Below are positions 25,001 to 34,977 of a stretch of 64,000 nt of DNA, piece after piece. The DNA comes from Fimbriosthenelais zetlandica (Eukaryota). Under the pieces are notes generated by a model, which saw nothing but the letters and a program-made list of their open reading frames with translations, had not been told where the DNA came from and searched no databases. The stretch lies in NCBI GenBank assembly GCA_977030845.1, contig OZ365115.1, forward strand, positions 14,756,001 to 14,820,000, read 5' to 3'. The position numbers and the translations under genes are program-made. Within the stretch, counting starts at the first letter, position 1. The number at the start of each line of letters is the position of its first letter.

Positions 25001-26629
25001 ATGCCATGGTAACATTGATAGTAAAGTAACCTTGGTAACTCCTAGTAACAATGGTAACATTGGTGTAACAACCGTAACCTAGGTAACATTGCTGTAACCT
25101 TGTTAACGGAATTAAACGTTGTTACTTGTTGATAATGGTAACAATGAACCAGTGTAACCTTGTAACAATGTAACCGTGGTAACAGTGTTAATCACGGTAA
25201 CTCTAACCATGGTAGTATATAAGTAACCGTGATCTTACCTCGTGAGTTACGTTCCGGCGTTTCTCCTCGGATCACGTTGGCCATGTCGCTGCGTACCACC
25301 GTACCTCGTTGCTTGTAGTAACTATCCGCGTCCTTGTCGAGCACCAATAAGGTAACTGTCTCACGGTTAGACTTAATCCTCGTCACCACATCCTGGTGGG
25401 ACTCCTCCAGTACGTTCACGTCGTTAACCTCTATAATGCGGTCACCCTCCAGTAGCCCCGCCGTGGACGCCGGGGAGTCCGTGTCCACCTTACCTATAAA
25501 CTGACCAGGCCGGTTCTTCTCGGCCGTTAGGTTAAAGCCGTATCCCGTAAAGTCAGACCAGAGGTGGAGGATACAGAGACGCGGGCTGGGCTCCGAGTCT
25601 GGTTCTGAAACGAGACGAAAAAACAAGGTGAGAAAGAGATTTAAGGATGGATAGAGGAAAAAATAGTGAGAAAGAGATCTATGGATGGCTATGAGAGGAA
25701 AAGATGGTGAGAGAAAGATGTAGATGAGCTAATCCATGAAATCGTCGCCTTTGGTAAAAAAAAAATGGATGATTTTTCATATTGATAATAGGCCTATGTG
25801 TTACAATGATATAGAGCTGGAGGACTATTCAGGACATGTGAGGGCTGGGGGAGACAGGTGAGGGCTGGAGGTACTGGAGTCAACTCAGTTAGGACACCAG
25901 CTTATTCAGAGAAACCAATTTCATTATGATCAAAGGGTCACTGGTTCAATCCCCGAACCGTCTAAGACATTTCCTTGTAAACTTTAGGGGTTCAATTTAG
26001 GATATGATGCCACCCATGCACGGGAATATGAAATTCAAAAAAGCCAGACAAACATTTCCCATTAGATATGGCTGTTCTCAGAAATGACCTTTGGCCTGGG
26101 GACCTAGAAACACCGGCTTTAGTCTGGAAATTCCAATGGTAAAGGTATGCTATTCCGTAGCTCCCCACCCCCTCTCACGATCTTCTACGATCAGGTTTTG
26201 TTAAATCAAAGTATTTGATCTTTGAAATATGGCAAAATATAGCATCCGTATAAGGGAATCCTTTAGCCTGATACACTAATCCGATTCTCTATCCGGCTCC
26301 ATATGATAGCTGTCTGATACTATATTTCTATTCACACAAACTCCTTGTAATTTGAAGTCTGTTACACCTAAGCAAGGTCACTGACACTATCGTTGGATAT
26401 GACACTAGGAATATCCATAAGAGTAACCGCTGACAAACTTTCAATCATTGGATGCCATTAGAAATGGGAGATGGGATGGCGACGGGTTAGATAATCGGAT
26501 TAGTGTGTGGGGACTTTAAAGCTTGATAAATGCTCGGGTGAATGATCTATAATTATGGTGGTATGAGTCCATAATTACAGGTGTGATGATGCACACATCC
26601 AGGTAATGGTCAATATGATTACCTCCCAT
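662..26629 (-). CDS. Multi-PDZ scaffold of the NHERF/PDZK1 family; at least 10 PDZ domains, 11 coding exons in window, 3' end beyond the left edge
   Basis: Ten ORF segments match the NHERF-type PDZ pattern PRLC-x-L-x(n)-GYGF-x-L...SPA-x2-AGL-x2-GD-x-IIEVNG-x-NV-x4-H-x2-VV-x2-I...V-x-LLVVD. All have AG/GT boundaries in phase 1. Joined to ATG GGA G at 26629-26623 they give one open frame of about 3,980 nt. Orthology to a specific NHERF paralogue cannot be assigned. Confidence 0.88.
1767..1955 (-). mobile_element. 44-bp-minisatellite SINE-like copy
   Basis: Three decayed units plus the gatattccagttagcagcactgg core. Confidence 0.7.
2109..2513 (-). CDS. PDZ exon 9 (405 nt)
   Basis: Acceptor gttacttcag|CC, donor AGAG|gtaggt. 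Manual translation gives KPHARLCHLKKWPDFEGYGFDLYEVKHRPEPRVGKVEPGSPAASVG...QHPEVVEKIR. Confidence 0.9.
3165..3488 (-). CDS. PDZ exon 8 (324 nt)
   Basis: Acceptor ctcacactag|GT, donor AGGG|gtaaga. Manual translation upstream of the listed ORF gives VQSDGVHTCHLRAAPGQSYGFELHRLLNKSGHYVGVVDANSPAEHAGL...PHEDLAKNIK. Confidence 0.85.
3569..3948 (-). mobile_element. tRNA-headed SINE-like element with 44-bp minisatellite tail (7 units)
   Basis: Tandem cagacagtgggagacatggctggccttttacatgcctctcacca, then gatatcccagttagcagcactgg, then gggaattgaaccc (Pol III B box GGTTCAATTCC on the minus strand). Confidence 0.75.
6065..6436 (-). CDS. PDZ exon 7 (372 nt; 342 nt if the acceptor before 6406 is used)
   Basis: Donor CCAG|gtaagg is clear. 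There are two in-frame phase-1 acceptors: ttcaaag|TA (start 6436, first AG after a CTAAT branch-like motif) and gatcag|TG (start 6406). Encodes APRICELQRSSSTHGFGFKLEYD...PHSDAVELIK. Confidence 0.8.
6532..6841. mobile_element. MITE-like element with about 26-bp terminal inverted repeats
   Basis: gggtaactctactagggattttcgcc ... ggcggaaatccctagtggagttaccc, with internal gggatt sub-repeats. No clear TSD. Confidence 0.65.
7658..8065 (-). CDS. PDZ exon 6 (408 nt)
   Basis: Acceptor ttttctctgacag|GC, donor CCAG|gtaatc. Encodes VARLCTLVARPDYQGYGFDMQDE...SHIEVVKRF. Confidence 0.88.
8464..8817 (-). CDS. PDZ exon 5 (354 nt)
   Basis: Acceptor gttggctag|CT, donor CCAG|gtaagg. Encodes PRPRLYHLKKWPTFQGYGFDLHEE...PHKRVVERIL...DYIECP. 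Confidence 0.9.
9433..9792 (-). CDS. PDZ exon 4 (360 nt)
   Basis: Acceptor ttttactccccag|TT, donor AAAG|gtaaga. Encodes PRPRLIHLKKWPNFSGYGFDLHE...THQQVVEKIR...EEIECP. Confidence 0.9.
11650..11814 (-). mobile_element. Second tRNA-derived SINE family (tRNA-Ile-like head)
   Basis: Minus strand GTTAGCTCAGTTGGTTAGAGCG (A box/D arm)...GGTTCAAATCC (B box), continuing into GAGCTGTCCAAGGC. Related copies at about 20090-20200(-), 20930-21090(-), 25877-25975(+), 28450-28600(+), 36110-36230(+) and 41640-41730(-). Confidence 0.72.
12290..12548 (-). mobile_element. Same SINE-like family; copy with the most complete tRNA-like head
   Basis: Minus strand GGTGGTAAGGCTCAGGTGGCAGAGTGTTTGACTTGAATGCAGGAGGTCCCTGGTTCAATTCCCCAGACAGCC has A- and B-box-like motifs and is followed by decayed 44-bp units. 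Confidence 0.72.
13592..16398 (-). mobile_element. Possible highly decayed L1/Tx1-like LINE remnants
   Basis: Minus-strand fragments in the expected order: ...MNYLGYL... near 16.3 kb, then DWSQLW...FYVMDRVVHTR...SPCIYFG near 13.8 kb, resembling the L1/Tx1 ORF2 C-terminus. Weak pattern recall only. Confidence 0.25.
16965..17360. repeat. Degenerate GA-rich simple repeat
   Basis: Long (GA/GACA/GATA)-type tract. Similar polypurine/polypyrimidine tracts at about 29545-29800, 43070-43800, 47530-47830, 56010-56200, 57770-58140 and 61520-61690. Confidence 0.85.
17493..17891 (-). CDS. PDZ exon 3 (399 nt)
   Basis: Acceptor gctacag|TT, donor AATG|gtaagt. Encodes LRLCHLKKWASFKGYGFNLNAEK...DHKTVVTKII...TITCP. 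Confidence 0.9.
19167..19796 (-). CDS. Acidic/Pro-rich linker plus PDZ exon 2 (630 nt)
   Basis: Acceptor tttatatag|AA, donor GAAG|gtaagg. Encodes an acidic linker, then PRPRLCIIKTWSSFRGYGFNLQASK...HPQVVQKIK...ERIECP. Confidence 0.9.
23014..23071. promoter_or_regulatory. Intronic RFX X-box plus CTCF-like motif
   Basis: GTTACCATGGCAAC (23014-23027) and CCGCCAGAGGGCGC (23058-23071) in a small GC-rich island. Confidence 0.5.
25239..25604 (-). CDS. PDZ exon 1 (366 nt)
   Basis: Acceptor tcgtttcag|AA, donor CGAG|gtaaga. Encodes SPRLCILHLWSDFTGYGFNLTAEKNRPGQFIGKVDTDSPASTAGLLEGDRIIEVNDVNVLEESHQDVVTRIKS. Confidence 0.92.
26623..26629 (-). CDS. Predicted first coding exon (ATG GGA G, 7 coding nt)
   Basis: Minus strand reads GCATC-ATG-GGA-G|GTAATC: Kozak-like context (A at -3, G at +4), a phase-1 donor, and in-frame TAG TAG 12 codons upstream. 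Splicing to 25604 gives MGEPDSEPSPRLC. Confidence 0.62.
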
Positions 26630-26906
26630 GATGCTGGGTGATGGCCGAGAGGTGGTCAGCAGCTACTATAGGTGGTCAGTGAGGAGCGGTCAGGGAATAG
26701 AGCAGGTAGTAGAGATGGACTGGTCGAGGTAAAGATCCAAGTCTGACTGAACACACCCCCTACCTACACCATACACGGAGTGAGAGAGAGGAGAGAGAGC
26801 ACTGCAGGCAGCAGCACAACACCACCTCCCACACACTCCCTACCTCTACCACTCCTCACTCACTCACTGACTCACTCATTTGAAGTTTGAAAGCGTTTTA
26901 TTTATA
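26623..26906 (-). promoter_or_regulatory. Candidate core promoter and 5'UTR of the PDZ gene
   Basis: Minus-strand TATAAATA at 26906-26899; Inr-like TCAGT at 26870-26866 and 26750-26746; then the Kozak ATG at 26629. Motif match only. Confidence 0.35.
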
Positions 26907-27569
26907 CCATGCATTAAGGCAGCTTTAATATCAGAGTATTCTTAATCAAAATATTGGTAGATTTTACTCACTCATTTATTCACCCCTTTACTAATTCATT
27001 AACTCACTCAAGCACTCACTCACTCACTTACTACAAATTCCAGCCTTACAAACTGAGCTAAATTCTTGAAATATCAAATATAATTATATATAATTATGTC
27101 TGCCCTGTTTTCTATCTAATCATATTATAAATCTTAATAAATTTATTATTTTTCATTCATTTCTATACATTAATGCGTGTAACATTACATTTTTCTGTTC
27201 AATTTACATACCATTTCCTTAATATTTTCTGATATTTTTTCTCATGTACTCATACCATTTTAGGGTTATGATGGTTATGTCTATAATGGGGACAGAATCC
27301 ATCATTTGAATACTCTGCCAACTCTGCCTACATGCAGTATAGCCCCTCCACCACCACCCACCACCTTCTAGCACCTCTCACCTGCCTGGATATATCTCTG
27401 TATTTTATGGTTTGATTCACCTGTATGGCCCTTACCTCTCCACCTACACACTCCCCCTACCTATACCATGCCTAGACTCGTACCTTACAGCGGGTAAAGT
27501 ATGAATAAACCCTCAACACACCAGGCCGAGTGGCTATCCGATATTATAGGCTGCGTTGGACAAAAATGC

Positions 27570-27830
27570 TTTAGCCTTTTACATGCCTCTCACCAGTGAC
27601 CACAGACAGTGGGAGACATGGCTGGCCTTTTACATGCCTCTCACCAGTGACCACAGACAGTGGGAGACATGGCTGGCCTTTTACATGCCTCTCACCACAG
27701 ACAGTGGGAGACATGGCTGGTCTTTTACATGCGTCTCACCACAGAGAGCTGGCCTTTTACATGCCTCTCACCAGTGACCACAGAGAGTGGGAGACATGGC
27801 TGGGCTTTGATATCCCAGTTAGCAGCACTT
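27570..27830 (-). mobile_element. 44-bp-minisatellite SINE-like copy (some units carry a 7-bp insertion)
   Basis: Tandem units, several reading ctcaccagtgaccacag, ending in gatatcccagttagcagcact. Confidence 0.72.
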
Positions 27831-30488
27831 TTGATGAAATGAATTCCATGGCCAATCTGGTCAGCCAAGTATACTCAGTCGGTTTGGAAACAAATCAAGT
27901 TTGGGAAATCTTTCTTGCTGAATTTGCAACTTCAAAAGGGGCATAGAAAGAGCACCCAGGTTAGGACCAAGTATATGGCCATAATCTAGCATGGACCTAT
28001 TTATCACTATATGAAAACTCATGTTAAAAACATGGAATTTGAGAAGAGAGAGGAGCGAACAAGGTCATTAAAGAATGGGGTCAGTGGGCTTGCTACCTAT
28101 CTACACATAAACTCACACACCAAAATATTCTACAGAAAATAGAAATAAGAATAAAATTCCGAGGAGCATGACCTGAGAATACTGTGAATAAATAGGCCCA
28201 CGACATCCTCTTGAATAATCAAGATTTTCCTTTTATTGTATTATTTTTGAGGTATTTTACTTTGTGGAGGGTGGGCATGGTATGTTGGTATAGCTTTTTG
28301 AGTGGGAAGGAATGTGTTGGCAGCCCACGGAGCATTCACTGAATCAGCATGCATGGAAATGACCTACTCTCCCAGGTGTAGGTGTTAAATCAAAATAATA
28401 AACATTTTATAGTTGTCCAATGTCAAACAAGTGGACCATTTGTCCCAGATGCTCTGAGTGTCGGCTTATTTAGTGGTTGTCAATGATAAAAGGGTCGGGG
28501 GTTCAATTCCCGAGCTGTCCAAGACATTTTCACTGCCTCCCTCATAGTGTTTTGTTTTGTGTCGTATATATACTATTCTAGAGCACCTGTTCATAGAATA
28601 TATATGTTGGATAAAAGGCAACATAGACATCCCTAAGAATGAGCCCCTTGTCGAATATAGCACAAAAATTCGATAAAATAAATCATGTCTGTGACTTGGC
28701 TTGGACCATTCACATGAATCATAATCAAACCGAAAAAATGTTCCTTCATAAAAAAAAATCTCTTGCAGACGCCGCCCCAGGGCCTACTTGAAGAGGAAGT
28801 GACGTCATAGAGGGAGTTTGAGACGCAGAGCACGTGCAGCGTCTCTATTATAGAGCAGAGAGCATGGAAATCAGGTCTGACAACGATGAATTATTAAATA
28901 CTATAAGATATGCCCGTCTGTCAGGCTTCCAAGGCTAGTCTTAAGATGCTACACCCACTACTAACATTGGTCCCAAGGAAAATTCATTAAATCAATATTT
29001 AAAAAAAAAGATTTTCTAGGTCTTTTCATTGAAATGCCCATGACCATTTAAAAATTTATCACTTTTGATAGCCCCACAAATTGTCAAATATTTCTGCCTT
29101 GATTTTTCAGTCAAGCATTATTTTTTGTTTAGGTTGAATTTATCTATACTGCGGAACTTCAGCGCAAGCGTTGGTTTAATTTCATCCCTCTTGCTGAATA
29201 AAAAATGACAAAATAATGACTAAAGTGTGAGTTGTTTAGTTGTAGGGCAATACCTGTGACCTCATTATATAATTTACACGATCCACCTTTCAGTACCGGG
29301 GGTAAACAGGTAGGCCTGTCCTTGTACGCATGCGTCAGATGCATGTTTCTATACAAGTAACCAAGACACAGTGAATTAAGAGCTGGCAGTGAGCCAGGAC
29401 TGACATGTCTCAGCTACTCGCTGGGTTTGACCATGTTCGCTGATGAGGTGCCAGCCCCACTAAACATGTGATTACTTCTCTATCATGTATTATATAGACA
29501 ACAATGGGTTCAAGCTAGGGTACTACTCCCTGTCCAACTAACCCTTCCTCTCGTTCTTGTCTACCTCTTCTACTCTCTCCCTCCCCCTCCCTGGCTGTCT
29601 CTCCCCCTTTTTCTTCTCCTTTCTATGTCTGCCCCCTTTTTCTTCTCTTTTATCTGTCTGTCTCTCCCCTTCTTCCCTCTGTTTTCTATGTTTCTCTCTC
29701 TCCCTTTCCTTCTTTCTTCTGTCTGTCACTCTCCCTTTCCTTCTCTTTTTGTCTGCCTTCCTGTTCTTTTCTGTCTCCTTCTTCTTTCTATTTTTGTTGA
29801 GATTCCAAACTCCACTAGTTCCACCCACCCATCTCCTCAACCAACCCACTATCGCTTCCTGATATAAAGGTGGTTGAAGATAATAAATGATGGGATAAAT
29901 CGTGTGTCAAATTAGGGCAGAACCGGCTATTGGAACCAAGCTTAAAACAAACACAACGAACGCCCTCCATGAAACGCCTATAACCGGGGCGTCATAAAAC
30001 AAACCGATAAAAAAAACGTAATAAAAGGCAAAACAAACGAGTGTGTGGGAAGATTTGAGTCTTATTTTAGTACAAGTGGGAACTTACAAAGTAATGTATA
30101 TTTTAACCTCCCCCCAAGTCCTCATACCCCGTCACCCTCACCCCAACCTACCACGCTGATACATGACTTGAAAGGCCCTAAAGGACTTGGTATCAATACA
30201 CTTCCTTGAGGTACACCATCCATTTTTCACCCTTGACTACATCAAAGGGATTTCCATCAGTGGTAGGCTGACTAAGCTTTCTAATGCCTCCCACTCTCAT
30301 GGTCTCTGTGTGGGGGGTTAAGGGGGATCCAGGCCCCAGATTACTGGTAAGGTTTTCTTTTTATAGAAAATCATTTGTCTACAGAGATGTTGCACATTCA
30401 TATTGACAGAGTTTTTCCTCTGGTTTCTGCACTGAAGAACCTTGCTTTTTCATTTCCTCAGGATACGTTTCTCTGAGAATTATATTCG

Positions 30489-30590
30489 GTGAGTGAGTGA
30501 GTGAGTGAGTGAGTGAGTGAGTGAGTGAGTGAGTGAGTGAGTGCGTAGTATTTTAACGTCCAATCAGTAAATTTCCAGTAATATCACGAA
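30489..30590 (-). repeat. (GAGT)n microsatellite joined to a SINE-type 3' tail
   Basis: About 13 GAGT units next to ttttaacgtccaatcagtaaatttccagtaatatcacga, which resembles the tail of the 31.3-kb element. Confidence 0.7.
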
Positions 30591-31261
30591 AAGGAAACAT
30601 GTCAATATTACGAAAAGGAAACATGTCAGAACAGAACCTGCTATTTTAATTAAACATTTTCTTCGCCAATTTTGAAGGCAATATTATCTATAAACTGTTC
30701 CAAACAATTTAGTGCAATTAAAATAATGTATATTAAATCATTGGTATGTGAAAATACCTAAAGATAATAGGTCTTCCCTGGGCACACAATCATAAATTAT
30801 GAACCAAACATATGAAAGCTTTGTTCATCATACCTATGATTTCTTTAATACAAAGAAATTGAATCATAATTTAATAGAAACTCTTTGAGACACAAATCAA
30901 GGAACCAATCAGCCTAGGGCAGTCTCCGTTGCCATGGTGAGAGGAAGGTCGGTGTAGCTAACGACGCTAGCCTGGTCTTTGATCAAGGAAGAAGTCGATG
31001 GAAATGGCGCCAAAAAACAGGGTTGGGACATGGGAGGTGGGATGGAGAGGGGGGATGGAGGGGGAAGGGGAGGTGGGATGGAGAGGGGAGGGGGGTAGGT
31101 AACAAATAACACTAATTAGAGAGAACTTAACGAGGCTTCACGAGGTGGTGCTGCCGTCTAGCGGCGGGGAGATGAATGCTAGCCTGACCTCTAGTGAGTG
31201 GAGGATACATTAACAATATTACAGCCTTCACCCTCCTCACTCTACACTCTAAACCTGTACT

Positions 31262-31570
31262 TGTAGTTGTATGGTTGTTTAACGTCAATTTCTACAATCT
31301 TTCAGTTATATCTTGACGGTGCCTACTTGTGAAATTGAGCCCTAGGCCCCGATGCTCTTTCATAAAGCTGCCTCACTGAGGTATCATGTCACAGGCACAT
31401 GACATGATACCTCACACAGTCACATAATCCTGACAGCAGGCCGGCCAGTCCTAGTACTGTCATCTTATTGTTGAGTGCTAAGAGAGGGAGCTACTAGTAC
31501 CAGTTTTTTGGCTTTTGGTTTGACCCGGCCGCGCTTTGAACCGGCGACCTTCCACACAAGGTTAGGACAC
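31262..31570 (-). mobile_element. tRNA-derived SINE, V-SINE-like central region
   Basis: Minus strand has GGTTCAAAGC (B-box-like), then GGTCAAACCAAAAGCC...TGGTACTAGTAGCTCCC...GCACTCAA (resembles the V-domain from memory, unverified), and a GATATAACTGAAAG...GACGTTAAACAA tail. Perfect 15-bp hairpin at 31377-31414. Confidence 0.6.
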
Positions 31571-32880
31571 TTTATCTTTAATAACGTTACGCCAAATAAG
31601 TCTACTTGAATTTGCCTTCACCCCCACCCCTTAGAGGGACCTTCTTACATTCCAGCAGGGTGAAAGAGGGAGCAGAGTGGATACTATATCCAAAAGTCCA
31701 AGAGAAATTATGTTCAGAATAAGAGGTATAAAAAGAAATATAAGGATATAAGAGGACAAAAAATGAGACACAGTTCAGTGTAAGGAAGACGAATTATCGG
31801 TGTAGTTCCTTCACAGAGAGTAGGGGACGCGGCTGTATTAGCAGGATATTGGTGGGTAGTGGAGGAAAAGGGAGAGAGGAAGGAGTGAGAGGGAGAAAGG
31901 AGGGGGGAGAACAGCTGATGGATGGGAGAAAGTGAGGGAAATGTACCACATCACGCTATACTGTACTACACACCACTGAACATGCTACTCTACTGCCATC
32001 TACAGGGCTCGAGAGAAACTAGAGTAGCGCTGAGAGGGGAATAAATACCTCAATACATGTATAAAACCCGAGGGTATAACTAAATAGCAGACTAGACTAA
32101 AACACCACAATCAATATCAAAAACTACATGGTAAAAATATTCCATCACTTCACTCAATTTTGTCAAATTTCCAGGATGATTATCTGGATCTATTTCTATT
32201 TTAACATAATCTACAATTAAGCCTGAAAGTGAACTGAAGTGGCTTATTAAATGTCAGAATATTGAAACTAAGACAATATCATGGGTCAATCAGATTCCCA
32301 CGATTTGTGAAAATCCTTTTCAAATTCTCCCATTGTCCAGGAGGGCTGGGAAACTTGGCAATTGCCAATCCCAAAGTGTCCAGAATTGCTTAAGCTTCAT
32401 TTAAAATATTTTCACCAAATATAATACGATCTTTATTATAGCTGAATCGTTTCTTGTTTAATTGCCTGACAAATTAATTATTTTTCAAGGTGGTCAGAGG
32501 TTTGTGGAATCTAAGTGGTGTAAAATTGGCAAATGAGTTAATTGCAGCGCTGGTATTTAAGATGAAATGAAGCAAAGCTTGAGAAATCACTCAATTGAAA
32601 ATAACCGCCATTAGAGTCGACTGATCCATCCATCACTCAAACCCTGGAGCAGGCGGGGGTAGGGGAGGGTGAGGCAGGGGGTGGGGGGGGGGGGGTGAGG
32701 CGTGGGGGGGGGGGGGTGTGGGTGATTTAATTAAAGGTTCACACGGATGAAATGATAGCCCAGTTGTTGACCCCGGTGAGGGTGGCAGGGTCAATACCTG
32801 ACAAATTATCATGACGTCATACATGGCGTTCACACCATCGGGTATTGTAAACTTATCGGGTTTAACTTTCACAATGTAGG

Positions 32881-32952
32881 CTACAGTGGGAGACGGAAAA
32901 TGTGAAATATTCCTGGGGAATTGAACCCGGGACCTCCTGCCTTCACCCATTC
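32881..32952 (-). mobile_element. Short copy of the same family (head plus partial unit)
   Basis: acagtgggagac followed by ggggaattgaacccgggacctcctgc. Confidence 0.5.
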
Positions 32953-33870
32953 ATTTTTCATGACTCTAGGCCACAAGCCTTGCGTAAAATAGGAGCAAAA
33001 TATTCCGGGGATAATTGGCAGTTTCCAGTAATTAAATCAATAGCCTTGATTATTGGTTTTTAATTAAGACACTGGTTAAAGAATGAGGGCTCCATAAGCA
33101 CCACTTAAAGGGTAGTGGAATCGTTTAAGAACTCCTAATATAACCGCAGGCCTTCCCCTTGGGGTTGAAACCCACCTTGTAACAATGTATTACACAAACA
33201 CTTATCCTCAACTTTCTAATCATTTATTTAACCTGAAAATTATTACATACCTGCCACCTAGCAGCTGCGGCAAAAACCAAGATAACTGTTACAACAGCCT
33301 TCCCCTTGAGTCACTCCACTACCACTTTAAATTCAGGCTGACTAATTAAAATGTCTACTTCCACTTTAAATTAGGTTTGATTAAGATTTTCACTCCAACC
33401 TTGTCTGATTAAAATTTCCACAGCCATTTTTAATTCAGGCTGATTAAGGATATTGGTCTTGGTACATTTGGTTTTGATGATAGAAGATATTGATTATTTC
33501 TCATATTAGTATTTTATACTTGATATTGATCTGGTTTATAGATACTGATATCATGTTAGATAGGGCTCACCCACCTTATCTGAGGACTGGCTATACTAAT
33601 GCTTTATACTGTATATTGACTGATTAATCTACAAAGGTGACTTAAGACCATTCCAGACATCAGGTAAACAATATGACTCAAAAGAACAAGCCTGCATGTA
33701 TGACTCGAAATCACGAGATCTCCCACACAAATTAGGTATTTTCCACTTGACTCCTCCCAATTTTTTGTCTATTTCTCCATTAAAAAAATAACTATGAAAA
33801 AGTATAGTGATTCATTCATTTGTAGAGGAAATGCTCAGACAATAATTGAAATAATTTACAAGTGCCCTGT

Positions 33871-34025
33871 TCAGACAGTGGGAGACATGACTGGCTTTTT
33901 ACATGCCTCTCACCACAGACAGTGGGAGACATGGCTGGCCTTTTACATGCCTCTCACCACAGACAGTGGGAGACATGACTGGCTTTTTACTTTTTTGATA
34001 TCCCAGTTAGCAGCACTGGGTGGGC
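33871..34025 (-). mobile_element. 44-bp-minisatellite SINE-like copy
   Basis: Units start at 33872, 33916 and 33960 (period 44), followed by the core sequence. Confidence 0.75.
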
Positions 34026-34315
34026 AGAGAATGTATATAGGCCTGGTATATAGGCCTGTAGTCATGTTAGACATACATCTGGTCTTTACCTATAGTCACG
34101 TTTATTCCCATCTCTTCATCATATTTAGTCTCCACATATCGTGACAAGGAGCAATATTTCTCAAGGTAAAATAAAGCCAACAGACACATCTCATCCATGA
34201 AGGGTAAAGGTAGGACTCCAATGCTGCGACAATGGCGAGACAAAGTTTAAAAAGGTCCTAAGGTAGCAAAAAATATATAAATAATACTATTTTTGTTAAA
34301 AGTGACAAATCCTAA

Positions 34316-34404
34316 AGGCGGTCCTCCACTGGAACGATTTTTCTGGCGATTAAGGCGACGCGTTTGTCGCACTATTGAAAAATCGCAATAGTGGAGGACG
34401 GCCT
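34316..34404. mobile_element. 89-bp MITE with TAA target-site duplication (PIF/Harbinger-like)
   Basis: taa|aggcggtcctccact...agtggaggacggcct|taa. Related decayed copies near 354-450 and 10019-10222. Confidence 0.7.
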
Positions 34405-34977
34405 TAACTTTTACAGTTAGAACTTCATATCTTGTATAAATCTATTACATTGCCATTCGGCCAAGCCCTGAAACCCAACACACATAACTGTTACATGGAA
34501 GATAAAACACGTAAATGGCAGCCTAGTAACCAGGGTGGTAACCTGGCAGGTAAGTATGGCATAAAGCGACCATGTTTATAACAATCATAAAACAATCACT
34601 ATACTGTTTTGAAGTTTGTAAGCTTTTTTATTTTACCAATAACATTTTACAATGTATTTTCAGGCAGCTTTTCATTCGCAAATTTTAACAGAAAAAATTG
34701 TTTTCTCTTTAGAGTAAAATATGTACATTAAAAACATTTGCCCACCCTCACAAAAATACAAGTCCCACCCCACGCCTCAGGTCCACTAGCTCTACTACTA
34801 TGAATATATATATTTGTTTTTTACATCATCTAGATCGTCAACAATTTGTCATAAATAAATAATACAATCAATCAAATAACCTTTAGTCAATCCTTGTGGA
34901 AACAATGTTTTTCATAGACCTGTGTTTCAATAAGTTACAGTTAGGTGGGTAAACAATCATAAATATATGGTATGTAT

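Noticed and set aside
27556-27946. ORFs with repeated QWETWLAFYMPL / TDSGRHGWPF peptides (also at 3.5, 33.8, 41.8, 55.2 and 62.3 kb)
   Set aside because: They are translations of the 44-bp minisatellite in different frames, not genes.
32633-32950. Pro-rich ORF (also 14803-15108, 30909-31112)
   Set aside because: Produced by poly-G/C runs and SINE fragments.
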